From a candidate division WOR-3 bacterium (GTDB lineage Bacteria > Hydrothermota > UBA3072), in contig JAFGHJ010000013.1 of the NCBI GenBank assembly GCA_016930175.1, positions 164,745-228,744 on the forward strand: a DNA stretch of 64,000 nucleotides, read 5' to 3'. Under the pieces are notes generated by a model. It saw only the letters and a program-made list of their open reading frames with translations, had not been told where the DNA came from and made no database searches. Both the position numbers and the translations under genes were made by a program. Shown in pieces: positions 9,908 through 20,337 of this stretch (its first letter is position 1; every line of letters begins with the position of its first letter).

Positions 9908-11146
9908 TTGGGAGAAGAAAATGAAGTTGTAGTAGGGTTAGATCTTGGTACAACAAAAATTGCTTCTGTTATTGCCGAAGTTGAAGAAGGAAAGGTTAAT
10001 ATTATAGGTGTGGGCAAATATCCTTCTGAGGGTTTGCGCAAAGGAATTGTTATAAACATAGATAAGACTGTTCAATCCATACTTAAGGCGATGAGGGAAG
10101 CGGAGATGATGGCCGGAAAGGAAGCCGGCGGTGTATTTACGGGAATTGCGGGGGATCACATACGAAATATTCAGGGAAAAGGAGTCGTGGCGGTTACGGG
10201 ACCGGATAATGAGATTACCCGGGAAGATGTACAAAGAGTCTTAGAAGGTGCTAAATCAATGGCTCTGCCGGTAGACAGGGAAGTGATTCATATTATACCT
10301 ACGGATTATATGTTAGATGGTCAGGGTGGCATTGACGATCCTGTAGGGATGTTTGCCCAGAGATTGGAAGCGAGTGTTGTGATTGTAACCGGAGCTGTTA
10401 CATCCGCTAAGAATATTTGCAAATGTGTTAATAAAGCTGGTTATGAAGTTAACGATATTGTGCTTCAGCCGCTTGCATCTTCATACGCTGTTTTATCCGG
10501 TGAGGAAAAAGAAGCCGGGGCTGTTCTGATGGATATAGGAGGAGGTACTACCGATATAGCGGTTTTTTACAACGGTAGTTTAAGAAAAACATCTGTGATT
10601 GGTTTAGGTGGAGAAAATCTTACGAATGACATAGGAATAGGACTCCGATGTTCTTATACTGAAGGAGAAAGAGTAAAAATAGAATTCGGGACAGTCAAGG
10701 AGCTTCCCGAAGATAAGAGAAAAGAAATGATTTCGGTGAAAGGTATATCAGGCTCAAGAGATAAACAGGTAACGCTTGATTTATTGCAGCAAATTGTAAG
10801 ACCTCGAGTGGAAGAAATATTGACGTTGGCTCACAGAGAGCTCAGTGGGGATCCTTTGTACGAAATGCTTTCTGCAGGTGTGGTACTGACCGGCGGTACA
10901 GCTAAACTGGAAGGGATTACAGAGTTAGCAGAGGACATATTCGGTTTGCCTGTTAGAGTAGGTGTCCCTTCCGAAGATGTAGTGGGCTTACGTGACGCGG
11001 TTTCCGACCCGTCATTTGCCACATCGGTTGGACTTATAAAATATGGGGCGGAAAGTTCAGGTGAAAGTCTGAGAAAAATCCATGGAAAGAGTATGTTTGA
11101 TTCCGTTTTAAAAAGAATGAATCAGTGGTTTGAAGAGTTTTTTTAA
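9908..11146 (+). CDS. ftsA: Cell division protein FtsA
   Basis: GLDLGTTK, DIGGGTTD, GVVLTGG, C-terminal amphipathic WFEEFF. Confidence 0.97.
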   Translation: MGEENEVVVGLDLGTTKIASVIAEVEEGKVNIIGVGKYPSEGLRKGIVINIDKTVQSILKAMREAEMMAGKEAGGVFTGIAGDHIRNIQGKGVVAVTGPDNEITREDVQRVLEGAKSMALPVDREVIHIIPTDYMLDGQGGIDDPVGMFAQRLEASVVIVTGAVTSAKNICKCVNKAGYEVNDIVLQPLASSYAVLSGEEKEAGAVLMDIGGGTTDIAVFYNGSLRKTSVIGLGGENLTNDIGIGLRCSYTEGERVKIEFGTVKELPEDKRKEMISVKGISGSRDKQVTLDLLQQIVRPRVEEILTLAHRELSGDPLYEMLSAGVVLTGGTAKLEGITELAEDIFGLPVRVGVPSEDVVGLRDAVSDPSFATSVGLIKYGAESSGESLRKIHGKSMFDSVLKRMNQWFEEFF

Positions 11147-11158
11147 AAAGGAGGCTTA

Positions 11159-12307
11159 ATGTTTAAATCGAAAGGTAAAACTAATAGTCCGGCTAAGATT
11201 AGAGTTGTCGGGGTAGGAGGGTGTGGCGGAAATGCCGTAACCACGATGGTAGAATCGGGTATGTCGGGTGTCGATTTCTGGGCGGTAAATACCGATGTGC
11301 AGGATATTAATTTAGTTCCAACCAGCGATAAGATTCAAATTGGCAAAGAATTAACAAGGGGCAGAGGTACAGGAGGAGATCCGGAACTCGGAAGAAAAGC
11401 GGCGGAAGAAAGTGTTGAAGATTTGAAGGTTCTGACCGAGGATATCGATATGTTATTTATTACCGCCGGAATGGGAGGCGGAACAGGTACCGGTGCCGCT
11501 CCTGTTATTGCTTCTCTTGCCAAGGAAAAAGGCGTTCTGACTGTTGGGGTTGTTACCACACCCTTCTATTATGAGTCAAGTCGCATAAAAAAGGCTAAAA
11601 GGGGTATAAAGGCTCTTTCCCCGGTTGTTGATACGCTGCTTGTCGTACCAAATGATAGATTGATGAGTATGGGAAATATGTCTCTCGCGAAAGCTTTGAG
11701 TGAAGTTTCAATGGATGTTTTGATGAAGGCAGTTAGAAGTATCAGCGGACTCCTGCTTAAAGATGCTTATTGGAGTCTGGATTTTGCGGATGTTAAGACT
11801 GTAATGTCCAAGAGAGGTAAAGCTCTGATGGGTATGGGAAGAGCATCGGGAGAGAATAAGGCTCTGGAGGCTGCTCAGGGAGCTATCAATTCACCTCTGC
11901 TTGAGGATACGGATATATCTCAGTCAAAAGCGGCTCTCGTTAATTTTACTGTCGATAAGGAAGATTTCACTTTGAAAGAAATGAAAGAGGCTATGGAGGT
12001 TATAAGGGAAGCCGTCGGTGCAACGGATGACGAGGATAGCGACATATTTATGGGGGTTGTTTTTGAAGAGAACCGAACTGAGGCGGAAATCACATTGATT
12101 GCTACAGGTATAGGAGAGCCGGAGAAGGATGAGATCGATAAAATCGATTTTAGAGGAATCACAACCGCAAGAGACTTCGATGGAATAAGCGAATTGAATA
12201 AATTAAAGGAAAATCTGGAGATATTTGATAGTCCAGCATTTATAAGAGATAAGAAGATTGTAGATGATCTTGACGTGCCTACTTTTTTAAGAAAACAAAT
12301 GGACTAG
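11159..12307 (+). CDS. ftsZ: Cell division protein FtsZ
   Basis: VGVGGCGGNA, AGMGGGTGTG tubulin signature, LDFADV, C-terminal DLDVPTFLRK. Confidence 0.97.
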   Translation: MFKSKGKTNSPAKIRVVGVGGCGGNAVTTMVESGMSGVDFWAVNTDVQDINLVPTSDKIQIGKELTRGRGTGGDPELGRKAAEESVEDLKVLTEDIDMLFITAGMGGGTGTGAAPVIASLAKEKGVLTVGVVTTPFYYESSRIKKAKRGIKALSPVVDTLLVVPNDRLMSMGNMSLAKALSEVSMDVLMKAVRSISGLLLKDAYWSLDFADVKTVMSKRGKALMGMGRASGENKALEAAQGAINSPLLEDTDISQSKAALVNFTVDKEDFTLKEMKEAMEVIREAVGATDDEDSDIFMGVVFEENRTEAEITLIATGIGEPEKDEIDKIDFRGITTARDFDGISELNKLKENLEIFDSPAFIRDKKIVDDLDVPTFLRKQMD

Positions 12308-12329
12308 GTTTCGGGGATTTTAGAGTACT

Positions 12330-12375
12330 AAAGTGGGAAATGGCTTTTTTGCTAAAAGCAGTATCTGCCACTTTT
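12330..12375 (+). terminator. Possible hairpin/terminator after ftsZ
   Basis: AAAGTGG...CCACTTT outer arms with inner GCTTTT/AAAAGC stem. Confidence 0.35.
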
Positions 12376-12385
12376 GAACCTTTAG

Positions 12386-12610
12386 AATGTAAAAATTAAA
12401 TATTAAAATGGAAAATGGATTTAAGAAAAAGATTAACTACAGAGAACACAGAGAAATAATTATGTTAAAAAAGAAAAAAACACCGAGAGCACAGAGAGAA
12501 AAAGAAAATAAAAACTCTGTGTGCTCTGTGTTAAAGAAAACTGGGGTGTAGAGGGAAGGGCTCTGTGTTTTTTTATTCATTTTGCTTTTTAAATTTTGAT
12601 ATTTTATTTC
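12386..12610. repeat. Nested inverted intergenic repeat element (heptamer arms outside, CACAGAG arms inside)
   Basis: AATGTAA-AAATTAA-ATATTAA-AATGGAA, then ACTACAGAGAACACAGAG and CACCGAGAGCACAGAG, then CTCTGTGTGCTCTGTG, a G-tract, and an inverted heptamer run CATTTTGCTTTTTAAATTTTGATATTTTATTT. Confidence 0.8.
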
Positions 12611-12628
12611 CTTGGGATATCAAATTAA

Positions 12629-14647
<2,019 letters not shown>

Positions 14648-14648
14648 A

Positions 14649-15379
14649 TTAGCCACGAAGACACTAAGGCACAAAGAGAAAACAATTTATTTAACCACGA
14701 AACAAACGAAATACACTAAATTTTTTGTAATAAGAACTCAACCCATAACCCTGAATTAGCCACGGATTCACACGGATAAACACTGATTTTCATTATTGTT
14801 TTTTGACTCATGGCTCACGACACACGACTCATGACGCAGTTATTCACAGAGAGCACAGAGAAAAAAACATTTTTTGTTGTTTAAAACCCCTCCCCACAAA
14901 CCCAAATTATTCTCACACAAAGACACTAAGCACACAAAGCCCCAACGCACCCCGATTCTTTTTGTTTTTACCCTAAACTCAAAACCCGAAACTTTGTTGA
15001 GCCACAGAGGACACAGAGGAACAAGAACACACAGAGAGCACAGAGCCCACCACACAGACCCATTTATTTTTTGTTTAACCCCACCCCACAGCTCCTAATT
15101 AGCCACGGATTTACACGGATAATCACTGTTATTTTTGTTTTATTTTTGCCGTAAGCCGTGGGCAGTAACCTGAGAGCTGAGTTTAACCACAGAGAGCACC
15201 GAAAAACAACAAAGAGTTTTTATTGTTTATACCCTACCCCTCACAAAAAAAAAGAGGAACAACAAATTGCACAAATAGCACGAATGGATTTTTTGTTTTT
15301 CCCTACTCAACCACACAACTATTTGACGACTCAACTTAGATTCGAAGAATCTACGGTAATTGCCACGGAGGACACAAAG
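14649..15379 (+). repeat. Stack of about 10 same-orientation repeat modules
   Basis: Modules start at ~14649, 14691, 14756, 14841, 14908, 14997, 15099, 15183, 15256, 15360. Each is a CAC-anchored 8-10-nt-period duplex or triplex, usually followed by a T-rich spacer and a 7/8-mer run or C-tract. Confidence 0.9.
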
Positions 15380-15441
15380 TTTTTTTATTTTTTTTATCAG
15401 AAAGCTGATTTCTTAATATACCGTGTTGGCGGTAATTAACA

Positions 15442-16272
15442 TTACTTTATAATAGGCAATTTTATTATTCCATCCTCGACGGAAACATACAGGCTTTTCT
15501 CGTCGAATCCTTTGCCTCCGACAGCTACACCGATTGAAGTCTTCAGCGGTTTTCCGGAGAGATATTTAATGTTCCCGCCGGTATCGATTTTTATTACGTT
15601 ATCGATTGTGCTTGCATATATATTGTTGTTATTGTCCCTGCACAAATAAAACATTTTGGTATTATCGATAAGTACCTCAGGTTTTTCAGAAGTACTATTG
15701 GAGTCTATTTTGAATTTTATTATTCTATTTCCTTCTCTTGCATACAAATTCTCATTATTGTTGTCGATGACTATACTCGTAAGAACAAACGGACCGGTAG
15801 TATCGCTTTTGAAAAAAATATTCTTTTTGCCTTCCGGAGCAATTTTATAAATGACACCTTTTAAATCATCTGCAACATAAATATTTCCGTTGCTATCCAT
15901 CTTCACATCGAAACATAATGAAAATCCGTCTGCAATTGTCTCGGTGTTACCGTCCGGAGAGACTTTCAGAAGTTTATTTCCTACTGTTATAAATATACCG
16001 TTGTTATCGGCGATATAAATTCCAGGACCCATAAAACTTCCTTCAAGAACGGTTATATCAGTAATTTTGCCATCCGGTGTAACTTTCGATAGTGTTCCAT
16101 TACCTGTTGGGGGAGCGGTTATCATATACAGTAAGCCCTTATTGTCAAATGCAATACCGTATGGTCTATTACCCGAAACTTTTAGAAAATAATCCGGTTC
16201 ATCGGAATTAGTAGATGCGCAACTAAATATCAATAAAATAAAAACTATAAAAAAGTTTTTAAATGATTTCAT
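15442..16272 (-). CDS. SMP-30/gluconolactonase/NHL-like beta-propeller lipoprotein
   Basis: Lipobox-like IFSC; repeated blades PYGIAFD, DSNGNIYVAD, NNNIYAS. Confidence 0.7.
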   Translation of the reverse strand: MKSFKNFFIVFILLIFSCASTNSDEPDYFLKVSGNRPYGIAFDNKGLLYMITAPPTGNGTLSKVTPDGKITDITVLEGSFMGPGIYIADNNGIFITVGNKLLKVSPDGNTETIADGFSLCFDVKMDSNGNIYVADDLKGVIYKIAPEGKKNIFFKSDTTGPFVLTSIVIDNNNENLYAREGNRIIKFKIDSNSTSEKPEVLIDNTKMFYLCRDNNNNIYASTIDNVIKIDTGGNIKYLSGKPLKTSIGVAVGGKGFDEKSLYVSVEDGIIKLPIIK

Positions 16273-16282
16273 AATTATATTA

Positions 16283-16981
16283 TTAACTCTCAGTTTTACT
16301 TAATTTAAATAATCGAAATCCAACTAATGGAAACCATAATAAATAAAAAGTACCTGCTATAACCATTATTATAGTACTGAGTTTTGGCAATATAAATACA
16401 ATTAATATATGTATTAAGTCCAGCCCAAAAATCAGAACACCTATATATCCGGTTATTTTATTAAAAACTTTACCCCTTATCATTGAAATCGAAAAAAGAA
16501 CTCCGCCTGTTTGTAATAATATACCTCCGATAAAGGCACTTGTTCCATGCCACATATCCTTTGATAGTACCGCTTCTCCTGCTGCTATGATTCGACTTTT
16601 CTCAATTTCACTGATAGCTAATATATATTTATCACTCAAACTTAAATATGAAAATATTGATGTTGCCGAAAGAAACAAAGTCAATCCAGAATAAACCATA
16701 ATCAACGAAAACAAATCCAATTCCTGCTTCTCCTTTTTTATTGCCAGATATATACTGTAAAAAAGCAGATAATATAATGGCATTACAAATACTGTTAATA
16801 TATCAAGTCGTAAGAGTCCATTTAATCGACTCTCATTAAGCATTATATAATATCCCTCGATTGTTGAAGGCGGCGGGCCTAGAGAAAAAACGATAAACAT
16901 TGTGGCAATGCAATATGCTAAAAAAATCATGCATGTTAGTCCACCAAACCAGAAAAAATAATTTCGTGCTGTTCTAATCAT
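16283..16981 (-). CDS. Membrane protein, DUF4386-like
   Basis: About 6 TM helices; LSLSDKY...IIAAGEA segment resembles DUF4386. Confidence 0.6.
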   Translation of the reverse strand: MIRTARNYFFWFGGLTCMIFLAYCIATMFIVFSLGPPPSTIEGYYIMLNESRLNGLLRLDILTVFVMPLYYLLFYSIYLAIKKEKQELDLFSLIMVYSGLTLFLSATSIFSYLSLSDKYILAISEIEKSRIIAAGEAVLSKDMWHGTSAFIGGILLQTGGVLFSISMIRGKVFNKITGYIGVLIFGLDLIHILIVFILPKLSTIIMVIAGTFYLLWFPLVGFRLFKLSKTES

Positions 16982-17044
16982 AGTCTAACTATTTTTTAAA
17001 TCTTTTTCTCTTATAATTATACTAATCATTGCATTCATAAAATT

Positions 17045-17073
17045 ATTATAATTATTTTACCTAAACAGTCAAG
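17045..17073 (-). promoter_or_regulatory. Sigma70-type promoter for the DUF4386-like/propeller genes
   Basis: TTGACT-16-TATAAT on the minus strand. Confidence 0.6.
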
Positions 17074-17110
17074 AATAGGAATAATAAATGATACGAAGAG
17101 TACGAATAAT

Positions 17111-17152
17111 TTATATTTTTGCTTCTAAATCATTTAATATCTTCTTAATCAT
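17111..17152 (-). pseudogene. Remnant of a HEPN/DUF86 toxin gene (MIKKILNDLEAKI*)
   Basis: ATGA overlap with the MNT stop; the 13 aa resemble the C-terminal helix of DUF86 proteins. Confidence 0.45.
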
Positions 17153-17439
17153 AAGTAAATAGCTTCCTTTAAAACGGTGTTTTTAATTTCTTCTCTGATT
17201 GTATCGACTGGGACAATATCTACTTTTAAGTTGAGTTCACTCTCTACATAATCTGCTAGTCCAACAAAATCAAAGAGAGTTGCTCCCTCGAAAAATTCTA
17301 CAAGAATATCGACGTCACTATTCTCTTTTTGTTCCCCTCTCACATAAGAGCCAAAAATTCCTTTGATTTCTGCTTTATACCTTTGTTTTATTTCGTCCTT
17401 CAGTTCTTGTAAAATCTTTATAATTTCCTGTTTAACCAT
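17149..17439 (-). CDS. Minimal nucleotidyltransferase (MntA-type antitoxin)
   Basis: IFGSYVRGEQKENSDVDILVEF (GS..D.D), KVDIV, 96 aa. Confidence 0.9.
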   Translation of the reverse strand: MVKQEIIKILQELKDEIKQRYKAEIKGIFGSYVRGEQKENSDVDILVEFFEGATLFDFVGLADYVESELNLKVDIVPVDTIREEIKNTVLKEAIYL

Positions 17440-17652
17440 CTTTATTCCTTCTGATATTATTATGTTAAACTATAAACAAAATTTGCCGGAAAGTCAAGAG
17501 ATAATGGGAAGATAGACAAAGGTGTAATGCTTATTTTAACTAAGGAAACTTCCACTGACTTAAAATGGATTGATTTTATAAATTTCCTCCTGATTAAATA
17601 CATGATAATTATTATTGATTATTTCACTTATACTGTCAAGTTTAGAGGATAT

Positions 17653-17689
17653 AAAAAAACCACAAAAACGGGATGTTTTTGTGGTTTTT
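17653..17689 (-). terminator. Rho-independent terminator after the DUF5684-like gene
   Basis: AAAAACCACAAAAAC-GGGAT-GTTTTTGTGGTTTTT perfect stem with T-run on the minus strand. Confidence 0.75.
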
Positions 17690-17721
17690 GTAGATTCGAA
17701 TGAATCTAAAGTGGAATTATG

Positions 17722-18090
17722 TTATCCTTTATATTTGGCGCCCCCGAATGCAAGTATCGGATAGAATATTATCGGTATGATTATCATTCCGATTGCGAAA
17801 CCGACACTCTGGCCGAATTTTTTCGCCAGCTCAACTGTTACTATGATAGATATTACGATGTTAACAAATGGAATCAACATAAGTATTATCCACCATAAAG
17901 GTTTATCTACTATTTCCAGTAAGACTATTAAGTTGTAGATGGGTATTATTGCTGCCCAGCCGGGTTTTCCTGCTTTGGTGTAAATTTTCCACATCGAGAT
18001 GAGCATCAAGAGTCCGATTATTAAATAAATTATTATTATACCTGTAGCCATTCCTGCTGCTGGCCCTACGGGATAATCACCATAATCCAT
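17722..18090 (-). CDS. DUF5684-like small membrane protein
   Basis: WKIYTKAGKPGWAAIIPIYN motif. ATG 18090 follows AAAGGAGG; the longer ORF start at 18201 lies inside a repeat. Confidence 0.8.
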   Translation of the reverse strand: MDYGDYPVGPAAGMATGIIIIYLIIGLLMLISMWKIYTKAGKPGWAAIIPIYNLIVLLEIVDKPLWWIILMLIPFVNIVISIIVTVELAKKFGQSVGFAIGMIIIPIIFYPILAFGGAKYKG

Positions 18091-18121
18091 AAATACACCT
18101 CCTTTTTTAATTGTTTCATAT

Positions 18122-18152
18122 ACTATATAAGAGATTTTTGCTATAATGTCAA
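18122..18152 (-). promoter_or_regulatory. Sigma70 promoter
   Basis: TTGACA-17-TATATA. Confidence 0.55.
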
Positions 18153-18177
18153 TACAAAAAATTTTTTTGTACCTTTT

Positions 18178-18380
18178 TGCCACGAAGGCACTAAGACACA
18201 AAGCCCCACCCGTAACTTACTTTTTTGTTTTTTTTAACCCGAAACTCGAAACACGAAACCCAAAACTTTGTTGAACAATAGAGGTCGCAGAGATTTTATT
18301 GTTTTAACTTTCTAACTTCTCAACCTCCTAACAATTTTTTTTATTTTTAAGCTGTTAGCAGTAAGCCGTAAGCCGATAGC
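18178..18380 (+). repeat. Modular intergenic repeat cluster (CAC on + strand)
   Basis: GCCACGAAGGCACTAAGACACAAAG, CCCGAAA-CTCGAAA-CACGAAA-CCCAAAA, CTAAC octamer run, GCAGTAA-GCCGTAA-GCCGATA. Confidence 0.85.
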
Positions 18381-18392
18381 ATTTTTTCGGTC

Positions 18393-18421
18393 TTGACATA
18401 TATTCTCTTTGTTTTTATTCT
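18393..18421 (+). promoter_or_regulatory. Sigma70 promoter
   Basis: TTGACA-17-TATTCT. Confidence 0.55.
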
Positions 18422-18463
18422 TTCACGGGAATTTGATATTATTATGAAATTGGAGTTTTTTGA

Positions 18464-19486
18464 ATGAATATAAAAGATGTTATTATTTGCGGAGCGGGAC
18501 CTGCCGGGTCTTCGCTTGCGTATTTCCTGTCAAGAGAGGGATTTGATGTTTTACTTCTTGATAAAGCTAAATTTCCGAGAGCCAAACCCTGTGCAGGCGC
18601 TTTTCAGATTTCCCTGGGTGATTTTTTTCCTTTTTCGCTGGAAGATGTAGCTGAAGATAAAATTTCAGGTTTCTCTTTTCGGAAAAATAGGAATTCCTGT
18701 GATGTATTATTAGATGTGCCGATTTCGTATGTGGTGGACAGGAAGAAATTCGATGATTTTTTATTAAGAAAAGCTATAGAGAGTGGTGTAGAATTTATAG
18801 AGGAATGCAAAGTTCTTAAGGTCGAAGAAGGAATAGTTTACTCGGCGTCGAATAAATTCAGGGGTAAAATAGTAGTAGGTGCCGAGGGTGTGAGTAGTGT
18901 GGTGAGAAGATTTGGCAGGTATAGAAAGTTTAAAAACATGATCAAAACGATTTGCGCCGATATTCCTATCTCTTTTGAAAAAAAATTTGTTTTTGATTTT
19001 TCTTATACGGAAGGTGGCTATGCCTGGATTTTTCCAAAGGGAGATAAAACAAATGTTGGTTTTGGGACTTTGCCAGGTGATTTTAAAGATGGGGAAATTA
19101 TATTATCTAAGATTTTAGAAGATTATGAATTTCCTGAACCGCTAAATGTTTATAAATGGACTTATCCTTTATTTACTTCTCCGGAATTATTGGTATGGAG
19201 GAATACACTTTTAATAGGGGATGCTGCTTCTCTGGTAAATCCGGCAAGCGGAGGAGGAATTTACAACGCGGTACAGTCTGCTAATCTGGCTTCCAAGGCT
19301 ATTAATTTATGTTTAAGGGAGGGTAAGACTCTTAAGATATATCAAGATTTGGTTAAGAAACATATATATCCAATGTTTTATTATTCTAAAATTTTCAATC
19401 TGATATTGGAAAACGTTCCTTCTCCTATTCTATTCCTGCGATTGATAAAACCATTTCTTGCGTATTTGGCAAAAAATTTGTCGTAA
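18464..19486 (+). CDS. Geranylgeranyl reductase-family FAD oxidoreductase
   Basis: GAGPAGS, FPRAKPCAG, GYAWIFPKG, LLIGDAASLVNP.SGGGI. Confidence 0.85.
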   Translation: MNIKDVIICGAGPAGSSLAYFLSREGFDVLLLDKAKFPRAKPCAGAFQISLGDFFPFSLEDVAEDKISGFSFRKNRNSCDVLLDVPISYVVDRKKFDDFLLRKAIESGVEFIEECKVLKVEEGIVYSASNKFRGKIVVGAEGVSSVVRRFGRYRKFKNMIKTICADIPISFEKKFVFDFSYTEGGYAWIFPKGDKTNVGFGTLPGDFKDGEIILSKILEDYEFPEPLNVYKWTYPLFTSPELLVWRNTLLIGDAASLVNPASGGGIYNAVQSANLASKAINLCLREGKTLKIYQDLVKKHIYPMFYYSKIFNLILENVPSPILFLRLIKPFLAYLAKNLS

Positions 19487-19495
19487 ACTAAAATT

Positions 19496-19650
19496 CACAA
19501 CAGAGAACACAGAGTTAAAACAAACACACAGAGAAAAGAAAAATTTTTGTTGTTTAAAACCGGACCCCCCAGCCCAAAATATTCTCACACAAAGCCACAA
19601 AGAACACAAAGGAAAAAATTTAGTTTTTTAGTAGAACCCTCCCCATCCCC
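19496..19650 (+). repeat. Modular intergenic repeat cluster (CAC on + strand)
   Basis: CAGAGAACACAGAG, C-tract, TATTCTCACACAAAGCCACAAAGAACACAAAG; colinear with 14853-14939. Confidence 0.85.
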
Positions 19651-19707
19651 ATTGACATGACTGTTTTTAATGCCAATATTAGTATATAAATACAGGAGGC
19701 TTTATTT

Positions 19708-20223
19708 ATGGCAAAATCAAAAAAAAGAAAATTTGACGATATATCAATTATGGATTATCAAAGACTTGCGGATGCATTTATTGAAGAAACTGACAGGGGG
19801 GCAGCTATTCTCGCTGCCAGCTATGCAGAAGATTATCTTGGTAAATACTTAACATCTTTTATGGTTGATGACCCTAAAATTGACGAGCTGTTTGAAAGTT
19901 TTGGTCCGTACAAAACATTTTCACAAAGAATTAAAGCAGCGTATGCCTTTGGCCTTATTGATATAAATAAAAAGAACGATCTCCAAATTATTAAAGATAT
20001 TCGGAATAATTTTGCGCATAATTTTCGAATAAAGACATTTGAGAATCCGAAAGTTAATTCTCTCTTTGATAGATTAACAATAGCAAAATTCAAAGGAATG
20101 AGAGATGTTGATAGTAAGTATATGAAACTTAATCTTAGAGGTCAATATATAATGACAGTAGCAAGGTTTGTTTTAGACGCACATAACGATATGTTAAAAA
20201 GGAAAGAAAGTAAAAAGAGATAG
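19708..20223 (+). CDS. MtlR-like HEPN-fold protein
   Basis: ETDRGAAIL, GP..TFSQRI..AYAFGLI, IRNNFAH (RxxxxH). Confidence 0.75.
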   Translation: MAKSKKRKFDDISIMDYQRLADAFIEETDRGAAILAASYAEDYLGKYLTSFMVDDPKIDELFESFGPYKTFSQRIKAAYAFGLIDINKKNDLQIIKDIRNNFAHNFRIKTFENPKVNSLFDRLTIAKFKGMRDVDSKYMKLNLRGQYIMTVARFVLDAHNDMLKRKESKKR

Positions 20224-20337
20224 AAATTTCGCAATTATTAATGCACAGTAAAAATAGTTTTCTAAATTTAGACCAGCTTTTCACTTTACTTATATGGTAT
20301 TAATATATTTATTTACAATAACTTAAATCTATTTAAC

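Noticed and set aside
14649-15379. CRISPR array
   Set aside because: No constant repeat, irregular 40-105 nt spacing, low-complexity spacers, and no cas genes in the window.
14840-15439. ORFs 14840-15055, 14874-15098, 15158-15439
   Set aside because: They are translations of the repeat modules (LCSLCVL, HREHR) with no RBS or domain signal.
18091-18201. N-terminal extension of the DUF5684-like ORF
   Set aside because: It starts inside a repeat arm and spans the promoter; a strong RBS supports ATG 18090.
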